Below are positions 1-9,452 of a stretch of DNA of 64,000 bases, piece by piece. Source of the stretch: Oikopleura dioica. Taxonomy: Eukaryota > Animalia > Chordata. A program made the translations under genes and the position numbers. The DNA lies in assembly GCA_907165135.1 (NCBI GenBank), contig OU015566.1:620001-684000 (forward strand), given 5' to 3'. Under the pieces are notes generated by a model that was not told where the DNA came from, did no database searches, and was given only the letters and a program-made list of their open reading frames with translations. The number at the start of each line of letters is the position of its first letter. Position 1 is the first letter of the stretch.

Positions 1-135
1 GAAACCTGTGTAGAAAATCTGAGTCACGGTCTATAAAAAGTCGCATATTGTCAATCTATTTATATATTCGCGGCTTAAATTTAAAAATTAAATTAAAGAC
101 TTTAAGGACTTTGACTCAGGTTTTCCACGCAGCTC
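1..135. mobile_element. Small MITE family B copy (TIR core AAACCTG..GTAGAAAA.CTGAGTCA); may be cut by the window edge
   Basis: gaaacctgtgtagaaaatctgagtca ... tgactcaggttttccacgcag inverted arms; same arms at 34281 and 41454. Confidence 0.5.
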
Positions 136-298
136 GGCATCCTGAGTCAGGTTCGGAAGAGGCTCTTCCGAAGAGGTAAAATGAAAGGTCACTCGGCCAA
201 TCTTTTTATCCTTTGTTTTAGCTCCAAGTAGTAGTATGAAGAAAATAATGTTAGAAATGTTATTTTATATAATTAATTAATAGATTAATTACTTACAT

Positions 299-615
299 CT
301 CCATATTTGAGGATTTGTACCGCCACCAGTTTGACGTGATGTAGCGTAATAATGTCTGTTAAAGTTTTTAATGAGAACTTTATCTCCTGCTTCTGAATAG
401 CCAACCACGTGGTCATATTTTTGATCCTGGTATTCGATCAAAAGTTGATTCACTATATTACTATTCGTGCACTCATCGTGCAGCTTATAACCATGGTAGC
501 GAATCACTAGTAATTTATTCGGATCATCTGTTGTTCGATATTGAAGACTGTTCGCTCGGAAATGATCGGCGTTTATAGCCCCAAAAAAGGACAAAAAAAT
601 GAAGTATCTTTTCAT
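299..615 (-). CDS. First exon of a secreted protein of unknown function; gene probably continues leftward
   Basis: MKRYFIFLSFFGAINA signal-peptide-like start followed by DHFRANSLQY; GTAAGT donor near 299. Confidence 0.4.
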
Positions 616-1836
616 TCTCGAGTATGTCATGACTGAATCCTCTGCACATCGTTTTTATACCGGCTTGAGGATTATAAGCGCCTTATCAGGTTTCACGTTA
701 AAATAGAGCCTCACTGAGGGTCCTTTTTTTTAGAAATAAGAAAACCTGACAAGCCCGGATGAAATCGAAAAATGAAGAATTTGAAGCGCGGAATCAAATT
801 GATCGTTTAAACAAACTGCGATTGCTTTTTATGAAAAAAAGGAAGCGTTCGAACCTTATGCTCGGTGATGCGCTGAAAATTTAATCACAATCTGCATTGG
901 ATTAAAAGACTTAGGGCAGAAAGGCATAATTGAGTTTCACGTAAAGACAGTGCCCTTCGAATTCACGTTTTCTGTAAAAAAATGAAATTAGCTTGAATGT
1001 TGAGTAGTGTCCGAGATTTCAGGAATCCCCCCCTGATCCAAAAACTTTTTTGAAAATTGTTTTTTCTTCATTCTTGAATACTTATTCAGTCCAAAAATCA
1101 AGGTGCTCAGGGTGATCGATAGAAACCTTAGATACACCCTTAAGGGGTAGTATCAATTTTCTTATGGAGTTTTTATTGCCTGTAAGACATTAACTTTGCC
1201 GTTTATTGGATTTTACGCAAATGAGGATACCCTTAATCACTTTTTATAATTTTGAGCTAAGATAAGCTCGTTAAGTTGAGCATCGCAAAATTTTCTTCTA
1301 AGCTAGCTAAGCTGTGAACTGACACTCCCAGAAAAATTGCTAAGCTAGCTTAGCGAAGCTGAGTTTTTTTTTGGCCTCAGCAAAGCTATTTTTATCTATA
1401 CAAGCTTGTTTCTGCCAGATTTTCAGTTAAAACTGCTGAAGAATTTCTTCGTAATATTTTCATTTTATTTCACGGAGTAAATTTACGAAATCAGTGAATA
1501 TACATTTTGCTCCGCCCTGCTCTCGAGCGTCAACAGCGACACAAGTGCTCGAAGCTTTATTGGAATTTATTATGGGTTGAAAATTTGATGATTCCAGACA
1601 ATTTTTATTTTCTTTGAATAAAAAAGATGATTTTTTGACTATTTTCAGTACAACCATCTCTGCGTCTCCTATTTTTTCAGGTAAATCTTGAGCTAATCTT
1701 TATAAAAAACCCTTCTCGTTGAAAATTCCTTTCTATTTTAACGCCAAAATGCATATCGACCAATTTTTGATAACGATTTGATAATTTTAATGACAGCAAA
1801 AGCTTTTCTGTAACAGACAACAGTTGTCTTTAATTT

Positions 1837-1995
1837 GGGGAGGTGTCTGGAACCGACAAAAAAACTTCAACAAATTTTGCGTGGAAATTTTCAACCAATC
1901 AGAAGCCTGGATTCGGCAAACCGGGGAATCAGCAACCGAGTTGCCGCCCACGCAAAATTTGTCGAAATTTTTTTGTCCGTTCCAGACACCATCCC
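1837..1995. mobile_element. MITE family A (~150 bp, long TIRs, CCAAT-box core), copy 1
   Basis: GGGGAGGTGTCTGGAACCGACAAAAA...TTTTTGTCCGTTCCAGACACC inverted ends; core ccaatcagaagcc; nine similar copies in the window. Confidence 0.8.
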
Positions 1996-2082
1996 GTTAA
2001 TTTTGTGGTTGTAGTCAGCATTTCATTAAAAATTCTTTATAAAGCACTGATGAAGGCGAGATTGCCAAAAAGCTTCTGCTGT

Positions 2083-2340
2083 TGTAGGGGTTTTACTCTC
2101 TCTATCTCTGAGTATGCGAACAAATAATGACACGGTATTTCGAGGAAAAGAGTAAACTTTATTAGAGCTTTGTTTGACCACAGGGTAAAATAGAGTGGTG
2201 GTGAATGCCTTGCGGCGCGCAGTTTTATAGGGTGAGACGTGGGCTCTTTGGCGCCCAACGATCTGTCTCAGAACGGAAGTGGGGTGAGTCGTACCAGAAG
2301 TCTCTGTGAGCAGTAATTTCGGAAGAGTATAGACCTTACA
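2083..2340 (-). repeat. 3' LTR
   Basis: Identical to 8975-9232 except C2102/T8994; minus-strand TATAAAA near 2223-2229 and AATAAA near 2158-2163. Confidence 0.97.
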
Positions 2341-2344
2341 TAAT

Positions 2345-2360
2345 CCTTCCCCCTTTTATT
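2345..2360 (-). other. Polypurine tract (PPT) next to the 3' LTR
   Basis: Minus strand AATAAAAGGGGGAAGG, followed by ATTA and then the LTR start TGTAAGG. Confidence 0.9.
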
Positions 2361-2540
2361 AGAGCATTAGTTCTGGGTTGGATTATCCTGTTGACCAAGC
2401 TCGTCGAAGAGTTGTGAGAGTCCGCCTTGACGTGGATCATCTTCAACGCTCAGAAGCCAGTCCATGAACTCTTGATTTGGTTCGAGAGAAAGGTCAGCAT
2501 CAGAAATCGGGAGTAGCGACATGACGTCATCGTCGTTTGG

Positions 2541-3350
2541 TTAGTCGTTATTTATGAAGTTTTCAGATGGTGGTAGTTGAGGATTTGGAATCGGTGAGTC
2601 TTGGACTGGAGTTTCTTGAGTAGCCGAGTCAATTCCATAATTATTCATCTCAATATTACCATCCATTGTTCCTTGTGATGTTTGATTTCCAATCTGTGAG
2701 TATTGCGCGAGAGTATTTTCATGATTCGAGGCAATCATAGATGTATTTTCCATTGTCGCAGCAATTGGTGAGCTTGCAGTTGAAGAGTCTTCGAGAGTAT
2801 TTTCATGATTCGAGGCAACAATAGATGAATTCTCCATAGTCGCATCAATCGGAGAGCTTGTAGTTGAAGAGTCTTCCAATCCAGAGTCTTGTACTGGCGA
2901 GTCTTCCAATCCAGAGTCTTGTACTGGCGAGTCTTCCAATCCAGAGTCTTGTACTTGCGAGTCTTCAACTGGTGTAAGAACATAGTTGAGTTTTGGGGTG
3001 AGAGAGTATTCAAGAGCTTCTTTCCATGTTTCTTCAAACTTATTTAGTTCATCTTTGCAGTGTTGTTTGATCATTCCTACGGATAACTTTTCCAGCGTTT
3101 TCCAGAAGACACGTTTGCATTTGAAGAATTTTTCGAAGTTGTCTAGTATTTTCGACTCGTGACCTTCACGAAAGCATGAGATGATAGTCGAGTGAATAAT
3201 CCACTTATACAAGTCTGATTCTTTCTGATTATAGTTGTAGACTTCATAATCAGTGTCTCGCGAGTATTCTTCGATTTTCTTGTGAGTCTCTCGAATCAAC
3301 CGTAGGAGTTCTTCGATTTTTCTTTGTCTTCTTTTTCCAGATACTGTCGA
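2541..3350 (-). CDS. Extra ORF of the retrotransposon, in the env position (~270 open codons, acidic Ser-rich repeated C-terminus, no transmembrane helix)
   Basis: ORF track 2541-3299; by manual reading the frame is open upstream to 3350; no early ATG. Confidence 0.5.
   Translation of the reverse strand, partial: STVSGKRRQRKIEELLRLIRETHKKIEEYSRDTDYEVYNYNQKESDLYKWIIHSTIISCFREGHESKILDNFEKFFKCKRVFWKTLEKLSVGMIKQHCKDELNKFEETWKEALEYSLTPKLNYVLTPVEDSQVQDSGLEDSPVQDSGLEDSPVQDSGLEDSSTTSSPIDATMENSSIVASNHENTLEDSSTASSPIAATMENTSMIASNHENTLAQYSQIGNQTSQGTMDGNIEMNNYGIDSATQETPVQDSPIPNPQLPPSENFINND
2869..2966. repeat. 30-bp tandem repeat, 3+ copies (encodes VQDSGLEDSP); adjacent 84-bp duplication at ~2710-2877
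   Basis: Unit gagtcttccaatccagagtcttgtactggc; peptides EDSSTTSSPIDATMENSSIVASNHENTL / EDSSTASSPIAATMENTSMIASNHENTL. Confidence 0.9.
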
Positions 3351-4084
3351 TCAACCTCTATTCCGAAGATCATTGGAAGGCAGTATCTCTGAAACTTGAT
3401 TTTGATCGTTGATTTTTGAAAGTAGAAACAGTGATCATGTACAGAAGACATCTTTTTGAGTGAGCATCATATAGCATGAATGTTTCCGATGTGAGGTCTG
3501 TTAATATTTAACTTGTGCGTATCTTCCTTCACCGAAGATGTGATAAGTCCATTTTTATCGCTGTCGCCATGAAGTCGGAGCAGTTTTCGGAACAGCGTTG
3601 AGTACCAGCAAAATGTCACAGCGCTGGGTAATTTTGAAGCGTTAGCCAGGAAACATTTGTCGCTGCGTGATTATTTGTTCTTCACTTGAGATCTCCGAAC
3701 AAATTTTGTTTTATACGTGTTGTTGTGAAAGAGAGAGTTGCCAAGTCTCTAATTTCTTCTTTGAGGATATAATGTTTCGATTTTTGACCATCAGTAAGGC
3801 CTGTTTGATGAGCAAAATACGATGTCGAATATTCAGAAGATGAAATTGCCTGAGTGATTGAACCTCTTAACGTGTGAACTTGACGTTGTGAGCTGACATT
3901 TGAGCGTGGCAGTTCCGGTTCATCTTTATTTGAGAATCATCAATCTCTGGGTTCTTGCGAGCATCCTTCATGATGATAGATTTGAACTTTCCCATTGTTT
4001 ACGTAAACTTGAGTGAACATCAGGTCTTGAGTATTTTAGAGATGTTTTAACACGTGAGAGTCTGAGCAAGCCAAGAGAGGCGTA

Positions 4085-4101
4085 CCTTCCCCCTTTTTAT
4101 T
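4085..4101 (-). other. Second, internal PPT copy immediately after the pol stop
   Basis: Minus strand AATAAAAAGGGGGAAGG, near-identical to the terminal PPT. Confidence 0.8.
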
Positions 4102-4109
4102 TTGAGCTG

Positions 4110-7100
4110 TCACTTTCTTGGTCTGAGACGTTTTGACCAGGTATCTTCTTCCTTGAAAAGACTTTCCAGATCCAGTGAGTCTTGAGATTTGCTTGTTTCA
4201 GGAAGCTTTTGTTTAGGAGCATCGTCATCTGTGATGTCAGCATTTCCCTTTATTTCCTCGTTCGTCGTGATATTCGCCTTGATCTCTTTTTCATCAAAGA
4301 CTTTTAATGGACGAATATTTTGAAGATGGCGGCGATATGTGCGTTTTGTCTTAGGACACATTAGAATATATGAGTCTTTTGAGATTCGATTTTTGACGTA
4401 GAATGGACCATCCCAATTGATACCAAGTTTTCCACTTGTGTGATCAGGCTTGTACGTCAACACCTTTGTTCCAATTTTGAGGACAGGAGCGCTGTTTTTG
4501 TCATTCATTACAAGCTTGTTGTATCGATCCATGTGAAGTCGCATTAATGATGGGTGAAGTTCACGTAAATACTCATTCAGAGCCTTCACGAAGGGCTCTC
4601 TTTTTCCATCAATTGAGTCAATCTTGTAGGGAACGTGAAATGACCGACCAAAGACGCATTCGTTTGGTGTGAGAGAATCCAATGTTTCTCTTGGAAGGTT
4701 GTTCATGTGATAACACGCTTCAGGCCACTTAAGCGACCAATTTCTACTATTTCCGCCAAGAGTTTTGATGAACTTTGCAATGTCGCGATGTGATCGTTCA
4801 ACTTTTCCATTTGACATACTTCGGTAAGCAGTAGTTGTGACGTGAGTGATTTCAAATCGTTGCAATATTTCTTTACAGAGAGGCCCAAATTCTTTACCGT
4901 TGTCAGACACAATGACACCATTGATACCATGGCGGAGGATGAGCTTGAGGAGTCCTCGAGAGACGAGAGCATCGCTTTTGCTGTGAAGTGGTTCGCCATC
5001 CAGGTATGAGGTGAGCTCATCGATACATGTGAGTAGATACCTCTTGTTAGTTGAATCTTGTCTGTAGAAGTCAACCAAGTCGATGTGAACTTTTCTGAAT
5101 GGAGTGGACTCGTAAAATCTATTCGGAATCATGCTTGGTTTGAGTTTCTTCTGAGGTTTGATCCGGAGACAGGTTGCGCAGCTTGAGGTTATTGAGCGAG
5201 CACGATCTTGAACCTTGTGGATATAGAATCGTTTGACCAGATTCATGAGGGCTTTGCATCCACAGTGAGCTGTGAGAACATGGAGATAATTCAAGAATTC
5301 ATTCGAAACCGATTCTGGGAGAACGATTCGATTGTCAGCAAACAAAACACCGTTAGTTTGTTTGAACTTCTTGGATGGATTTTTCTTCGATTTTTCAATG
5401 AGATTTCGAGTATTTTGACACTCAAACTGAAGTTTTGCCATTTCTTCGTACGTGAAGGAACGATTTTCGAATTCAAAAATTTTTCTTGAATCGTCTGGTT
5501 TGATGAGCGCAAAGATTGTGTCAGATGGTTCTTCGAAACCTTTTGCTCCTTTTTCTAATTGTGATGAGTGTGAATTTGGGATTCTGCTGAGAGCGTCTGC
5601 GGTTGCCATAACCGGATCGTGGCCAGGTCGATGCAGAATTTTGAAAGAGAAATTCTGAAGATAGTGCTGAATTGTCGCAAGTCGATTGTCGAGAGCTTTC
5701 TTCGAGTGCTCTTTGTAAAGGTATAAGAGACTATTGTGATCCGTTATTGCTGTGAATTCCACTCCGATTAGATAGTATTCGAAGTATTTGATATTTTCCA
5801 TTAGAGCGATCAATTCTTTTTCTCTCATGGATCTCCGGCTGTCTGTTTTGTTGAATGGTCTTGAGAAGTATCCAAGTGTTGTGAAGGTTTGATCATCCTG
5901 ACATTGATAAAGACAACCACCCATGGCATGTCCACTCGCATCGGAGACAACAGTGAGGGGTGCATCAGTTTTGAAGTGACCAAGAGAGGGTCTTTCGAGA
6001 AGTTTGTTGCGAATGATTTCAAAGGCGGTTTGATGTTCTTCTTTCCAATCGAAGTTGACCTTTGAGCTTGTTAGTTGATACAGAGGACGTAAGATCAGTG
6101 AAGCATCTTTGTATTTGATGTTGTAGTTGATCATTCCAAGGACTCGTTTGAGCGATTGTCTATCCGTTGGAGGCTGAAGATCTTTGATGCATTTGATATG
6201 TTTGTCCGTGAGCGTGATTCCTTCTTTCGATATCCGATGTCCAAGAAACTCAGTGGATGACTTGCAGAGAATCATTTTCTTGGTATTCAGAAGAAGTCCA
6301 TTATCGATACACTTTTGAAATACAAACCTCAATGTTTGTAAATGCTCCGTGAAATTACTATTGAGAATGATAATGTCATCCAAATAGATGAGGATATTTG
6401 GGTGATTGAAGAGTCTGTCCATGACCCTCGAGAACGCTGCTGGTGCAGTACTTGTTCCGTAGAGCATTCTATTTGAGCAATAGTGTTTCGAGTTGTATGA
6501 GAACGCGAGTTTCTTCGTATCGTTATCAGCGACTCTGATTTGCCAATAACCTCTCGAGAAATCGACTTGTGAGAAGTAGCATTCTTTTCCACTTGTGAGT
6601 TTTTCTCCAATTCTTGTGAATATTGTGCTGAGATGTGGTATCGGGAACCGATCGGATACCAGAAGTTTGTTGAGTTCGCGAGCGTCAAGACTTATTCTGA
6701 TACTTGAGTCGGGTTTTTGAAGAATGAGCAGAGGTATGTTGAATGCACTTTGAGCCATTGAGATTATTCTTAGATCGAGCCATTCGTTGAGATTTTGTTG
6801 AACTTTTGGCTGTAAGTGTATCGGCACACGTCGAGGGGCGCTGTGAGCACTAAGCGTCTCGTCGTGGAGAGGAAGAGAGAACCGAAGGTAAGCAAGCTGA
6901 CCAATATCCCAATCTCCCATACTGCAAGCAAGCCTTAGCTCGACTAGTAGATCGTACAGTTTTTTCTTTTGATCGGGGTTAGTATCTCCGAATGACGCAA
7001 TTTCTGGGATAAAATTTATTTCTGTTGCTTTTTCTTCTCTCTCAGATTGAAATTTATGCAGTTCTCGTTTGTCTGCATCGATGTCGTCGACTTCAATGAT

Positions 7101-7526
7101 TGCATTGATTGCATGAGATTTGCGAAGTGGTACTCTTTTAACTTTTTTTTTGTTAATTTGGATCGTTTTTGATGCGTTGCCAGCAGTGAGCGATAATTGT
7201 TGCAGCACATCCATACCAAGGATGCAGGGAACGGAGAGATTTTCGATAATGAGCGGTTTAACTTTGATTATTAGCGGTGAAGAGTTGGTATCGATCGAGA
7301 TATTGATACTTTCGCTGAGAGTGTTTGTGTGAATAACAGTGTTGGCTATCGTAACTGGAGTTTTCGAAGAGGAGAAATTTCTTGGAAGGCCGGGTAGATG
7401 AGATCGGAGTGCCGTGAGAGTTGCACCAGTGTCTACGAGAGCAGGCCATTCATAACCGTTGATTTTGACATTTACGAATACGAGCTTGTTTGAGATGCAG
7501 GATGCGAGGATAGTCTGATCTTCTAG
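4110..7526 (-). CDS. pol: Pol polyprotein: aspartic protease, reverse transcriptase, RNase H, integrase
   Basis: Frame open from 7526: LVDTGA (Asp at 7431-7433); YLDD; RNase H DASG/EKEL/TDH/DALSR; integrase HHCC, D-D-E (IDLV, SDNG, KVER) and GPF motif. Confidence 0.96.
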   Translation of the reverse strand, partial: LEDQTILASCISNKLVFVNVKINGYEWPALVDTGATLTALRSHLPGLPRNFSSSKTPVTIANTVIHTNTLSESINISIDTNSSPLIIKVKPLIIENLSVPCILGMDVLQQLSLTAGNASKTIQINKKKVKRVPLRKSHAINAIIEVDDIDADKRELHKFQSEREEKATEINFIPEIASFGDTNPDQKKKLYDLLVELRLACSMGDWDIGQLAYLRFSLPLHDETLSAHSAPRRVPIHLQPKVQQNLNEWLDLRIISMAQSAFNIPLLILQKPDSSIRISLDARELNKLLVSDRFPIPHLSTIFTRIGEKLTSGKECYFSQVDFSRGYWQIRVADNDTKKLAFSYNSKHYCSNRMLYGTSTAPAAFSRVMDRLFNHPNILIYLDDIIILNSNFTEHLQTLRFVFQKCIDNGLLLNTKKMILCKSSTEFLGHRISKEGITLTDKHIKCIKDLQPPTDRQSLKRVLGMINYNIKYKDASLILRPLYQLTSSKVNFDWKEEHQTAFEIIRNKLLERPSLGHFKTDAPLTVVSDASGHAMGGCLYQCQDDQTFTTLGYFSRPFNKTDSRRSMREKELIALMENIKYFEYYLIGVEFTAITDHNSLLYLYKEHSKKALDNRLATIQHYLQNFSFKILHRPGHDPVMATADALSRIPNSHSSQLEKGAKGFEEPSDTIFALIKPDDSRKIFEFENRSFTYEEMAKLQFECQNTRNLIEKSKKNPSKKFKQTNGVLFADNRIVLPESVSNEFLNYLHVLTAHCGCKALMNLVKRFYIHKVQDRARSITSSCATCLRIKPQKKLKPSMIPNRFYESTPFRKVHIDLVDFYRQDSTNKRYLLTCIDELTSYLDGEPLHSKSDALVSRGLLKLILRHGINGVIVSDNGKEFGPLCKEILQRFEITHVTTTAYRSMSNGKVERSHRDIAKFIKTLGGNSRNWSLKWPEACYHMNNLPRETLDSLTPNECVFGRSFHVPYKIDSIDGKREPFVKALNEYLRELHPSLMRLHMDRYNKLVMNDKNSAPVLKIGTKVLTYKPDHTSGKLGINWDGPFYVKNRISKDSYILMCPKTKRTYRRHLQNIRPLKVFDEKEIKANITTNEEIKGNADITDDDAPKQKLPETSKSQDSLDLESLFKEEDTWSKRLRPRK

Positions 7527-8870
7527 TCATTTCGCATTATTGGCTGCGTCAATGACCGATTTCGGGGGATCGTTACTGTGAATGTATTTGCAATTTCCTT
7601 CGTATTTGCATTTCTTGTGTTTTGTGTATGTGATGCAGTGTCCTTCCATTTTTCGAACGTCAACTCGTTTTTGTCTTGGTTTCTTTTCATCCTTCTTTTC
7701 TGTTGATCTGCTATTTTTCTCCATTTTCTGTTTCATTTCCGATCTGAGCATGTTTATTTGAGACTCGATGTACGACTTGTGATGTGATTCGATCGCAAAC
7801 AAGTTTTGGTCCTGTGTTGGTGAGCCAATCGATCTTTCCAATTCTGCACTTCTTGCAGATATATTGTCATACGTGAGAGACGATTTTTCTCGGTTCAGAA
7901 GTCGTTTGAGATCATTCTGCTGAGCGTTGATGAAAAGTTCGACCAGCATGTCTGAGTCTGATTCACTGAGCTCTTCTCTTCCGTAGCTTTGTATGAACCA
8001 GTCCGTCAGTTTAGCCAAGCAGATCCCGGTTGACTCGTCTCCTCTCTGGTATGTTCTCAATTTGTGACGATAATGATCTTTTGACCGTCCTAATATTTGA
8101 GTGAGCTTTTTTGAAAAAGCTGACCAAGATACCAATTCTTCTGCTTTCAAAGCTCGTCGAATACTTATTCCACACTCATCGTTCATCATTTGAGACAATG
8201 ATATAGCGATCAGGTCTTGCTCGGATATCTGGTTACACATCTGAAACAGTTCCATCTGCTGCAGAAATGAGTCGATTGGGAGGTCACTCGAATATTTTGC
8301 CGGTTTTATCATTGAGTTCTTTGATTTCGGAATTCGCGGAGATTTGGCTTTGAATTCTTTTTCTCGACGTCGAGCATTTTGACCTTTTTGCTTCGAGTGA
8401 TTGTTTCCCGGCTCTTTTTTGACCTTTTCCTTTTTGCGATCGTTGTTGATAACCGTTTCGTCCGGGTCTTCCAGAGAATCTTCAGATAGACTTCCATCAC
8501 TTGATTCGGCTTCACTTATGTCGCTTTCAACTTTCATTGATGAGATCAGCGCTTGAAGAGAATCAGCGGTGGAGGATGCTTGGATCTGTGCGATGTTGAG
8601 TTTGTGATGCGGCTTTGCGAATTTTTGAAGCTCGACATTGGACCCGTCGTTGTCCTTCTGAAACTCGACCACTCCTGGTTGCGATTTGAAGACGAATTTT
8701 CTTCCCGGTGCGAAGTAGTCCGGTGCGAGATCAAGAATATTCAAAACGATACTCGATTTATCGCTTATTGGGATTTTGCATGGGTAGATTTTGTCGGGAA
8801 GAGAGTCGTAGATACGGCATAATTCCTGGCGTGAGAGGTCACTTGCGTCTTTCCAGTAGACTGTTGACAT
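7527..8870 (-). CDS. gag: Gag (447 aa) with C-terminal CCCH zinc finger
   Basis: Located between the PBS and the protease; C-terminal CITYTKHKKCKYEGNCKYIH. Confidence 0.9.
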   Translation of the reverse strand: MSTVYWKDASDLSRQELCRIYDSLPDKIYPCKIPISDKSSIVLNILDLAPDYFAPGRKFVFKSQPGVVEFQKDNDGSNVELQKFAKPHHKLNIAQIQASSTADSLQALISSMKVESDISEAESSDGSLSEDSLEDPDETVINNDRKKEKVKKEPGNNHSKQKGQNARRREKEFKAKSPRIPKSKNSMIKPAKYSSDLPIDSFLQQMELFQMCNQISEQDLIAISLSQMMNDECGISIRRALKAEELVSWSAFSKKLTQILGRSKDHYRHKLRTYQRGDESTGICLAKLTDWFIQSYGREELSESDSDMLVELFINAQQNDLKRLLNREKSSLTYDNISARSAELERSIGSPTQDQNLFAIESHHKSYIESQINMLRSEMKQKMEKNSRSTEKKDEKKPRQKRVDVRKMEGHCITYTKHKKCKYEGNCKYIHSNDPPKSVIDAANNAK

Positions 8871-8962
8871 GGCTGTTGTCTTGTTTACTTCGTCCGAAGC
8901 AAGTGAATTAGATCAGGCAGGATTGTGCTGATCTCTCTTGAAGGCGTTACCAGTTTTCGGCA

Positions 8963-8969
8963 GTCACCA
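8963..8969 (-). other. Primer-binding site candidate TGGTGAC (tRNA-Trp-like, only 7 nt recognisable)
   Basis: Starts 5 nt inside the 5' LTR end on the minus strand. Confidence 0.5.
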
Positions 8970-8974
8970 AATTA

Positions 8975-9232
8975 TGTAGGGGTTTTACTCTCTTTATCTC
9001 TGAGTATGCGAACAAATAATGACACGGTATTTCGAGGAAAAGAGTAAACTTTATTAGAGCTTTGTTTGACCACAGGGTAAAATAGAGTGGTGGTGAATGC
9101 CTTGCGGCGCGCAGTTTTATAGGGTGAGACGTGGGCTCTTTGGCGCCCAACGATCTGTCTCAGAACGGAAGTGGGGTGAGTCGTACCAGAAGTCTCTGTG
9201 AGCAGTAATTTCGGAAGAGTATAGACCTTACA
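8975..9232 (-). repeat. 5' LTR
   Basis: 258 bp, 257/258 identical to 2083-2340. Confidence 0.97.
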
Positions 9233-9452
9233 CTGTCAATTTAATTATGTAATAATACGAATATTTTTAAATCTCGGATACCCGATTCAAGGGACATTTG
9301 CTTTGAAAGGATAAGCACGGGGCTTTTCTCTATTGATTGCGAGTTTTAATATCGTAGCTTGATGTTATTATTCAAATTATTCAATCGTTCTTTATTAAGA
9401 GCGTTCTAATCTAGACTCGGGAGAACGAACTGGTCAAAAATATAATCTTTTT

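Larger units (their letters stand above)
2083..9232 (-). mobile_element. Full-length Ty3/Gypsy LTR retrotransposon (probably Tor-like), 7,150 bp
   Basis: Two 258-bp LTRs with TGTA...TACA ends; 4-bp TSD CTGT at 2079-2082 and 9233-9236; PBS- and PPT-like sites; gag followed by PR-RT-RH-IN. Confidence 0.97.

Noticed and set aside
2037-2258. ORFs 2037-2258 and 8947-9150 as genes
   Set aside because: They are the same reading of the two LTR copies
2541-3350. Calling the third retrotransposon ORF env
   Set aside because: No signal peptide, fusion peptide or transmembrane helix is visible
3350-4020. A long ORF upstream of the third ORF (ATG at 4020)
   Set aside because: Manual translation shows repeated stops in all three minus frames
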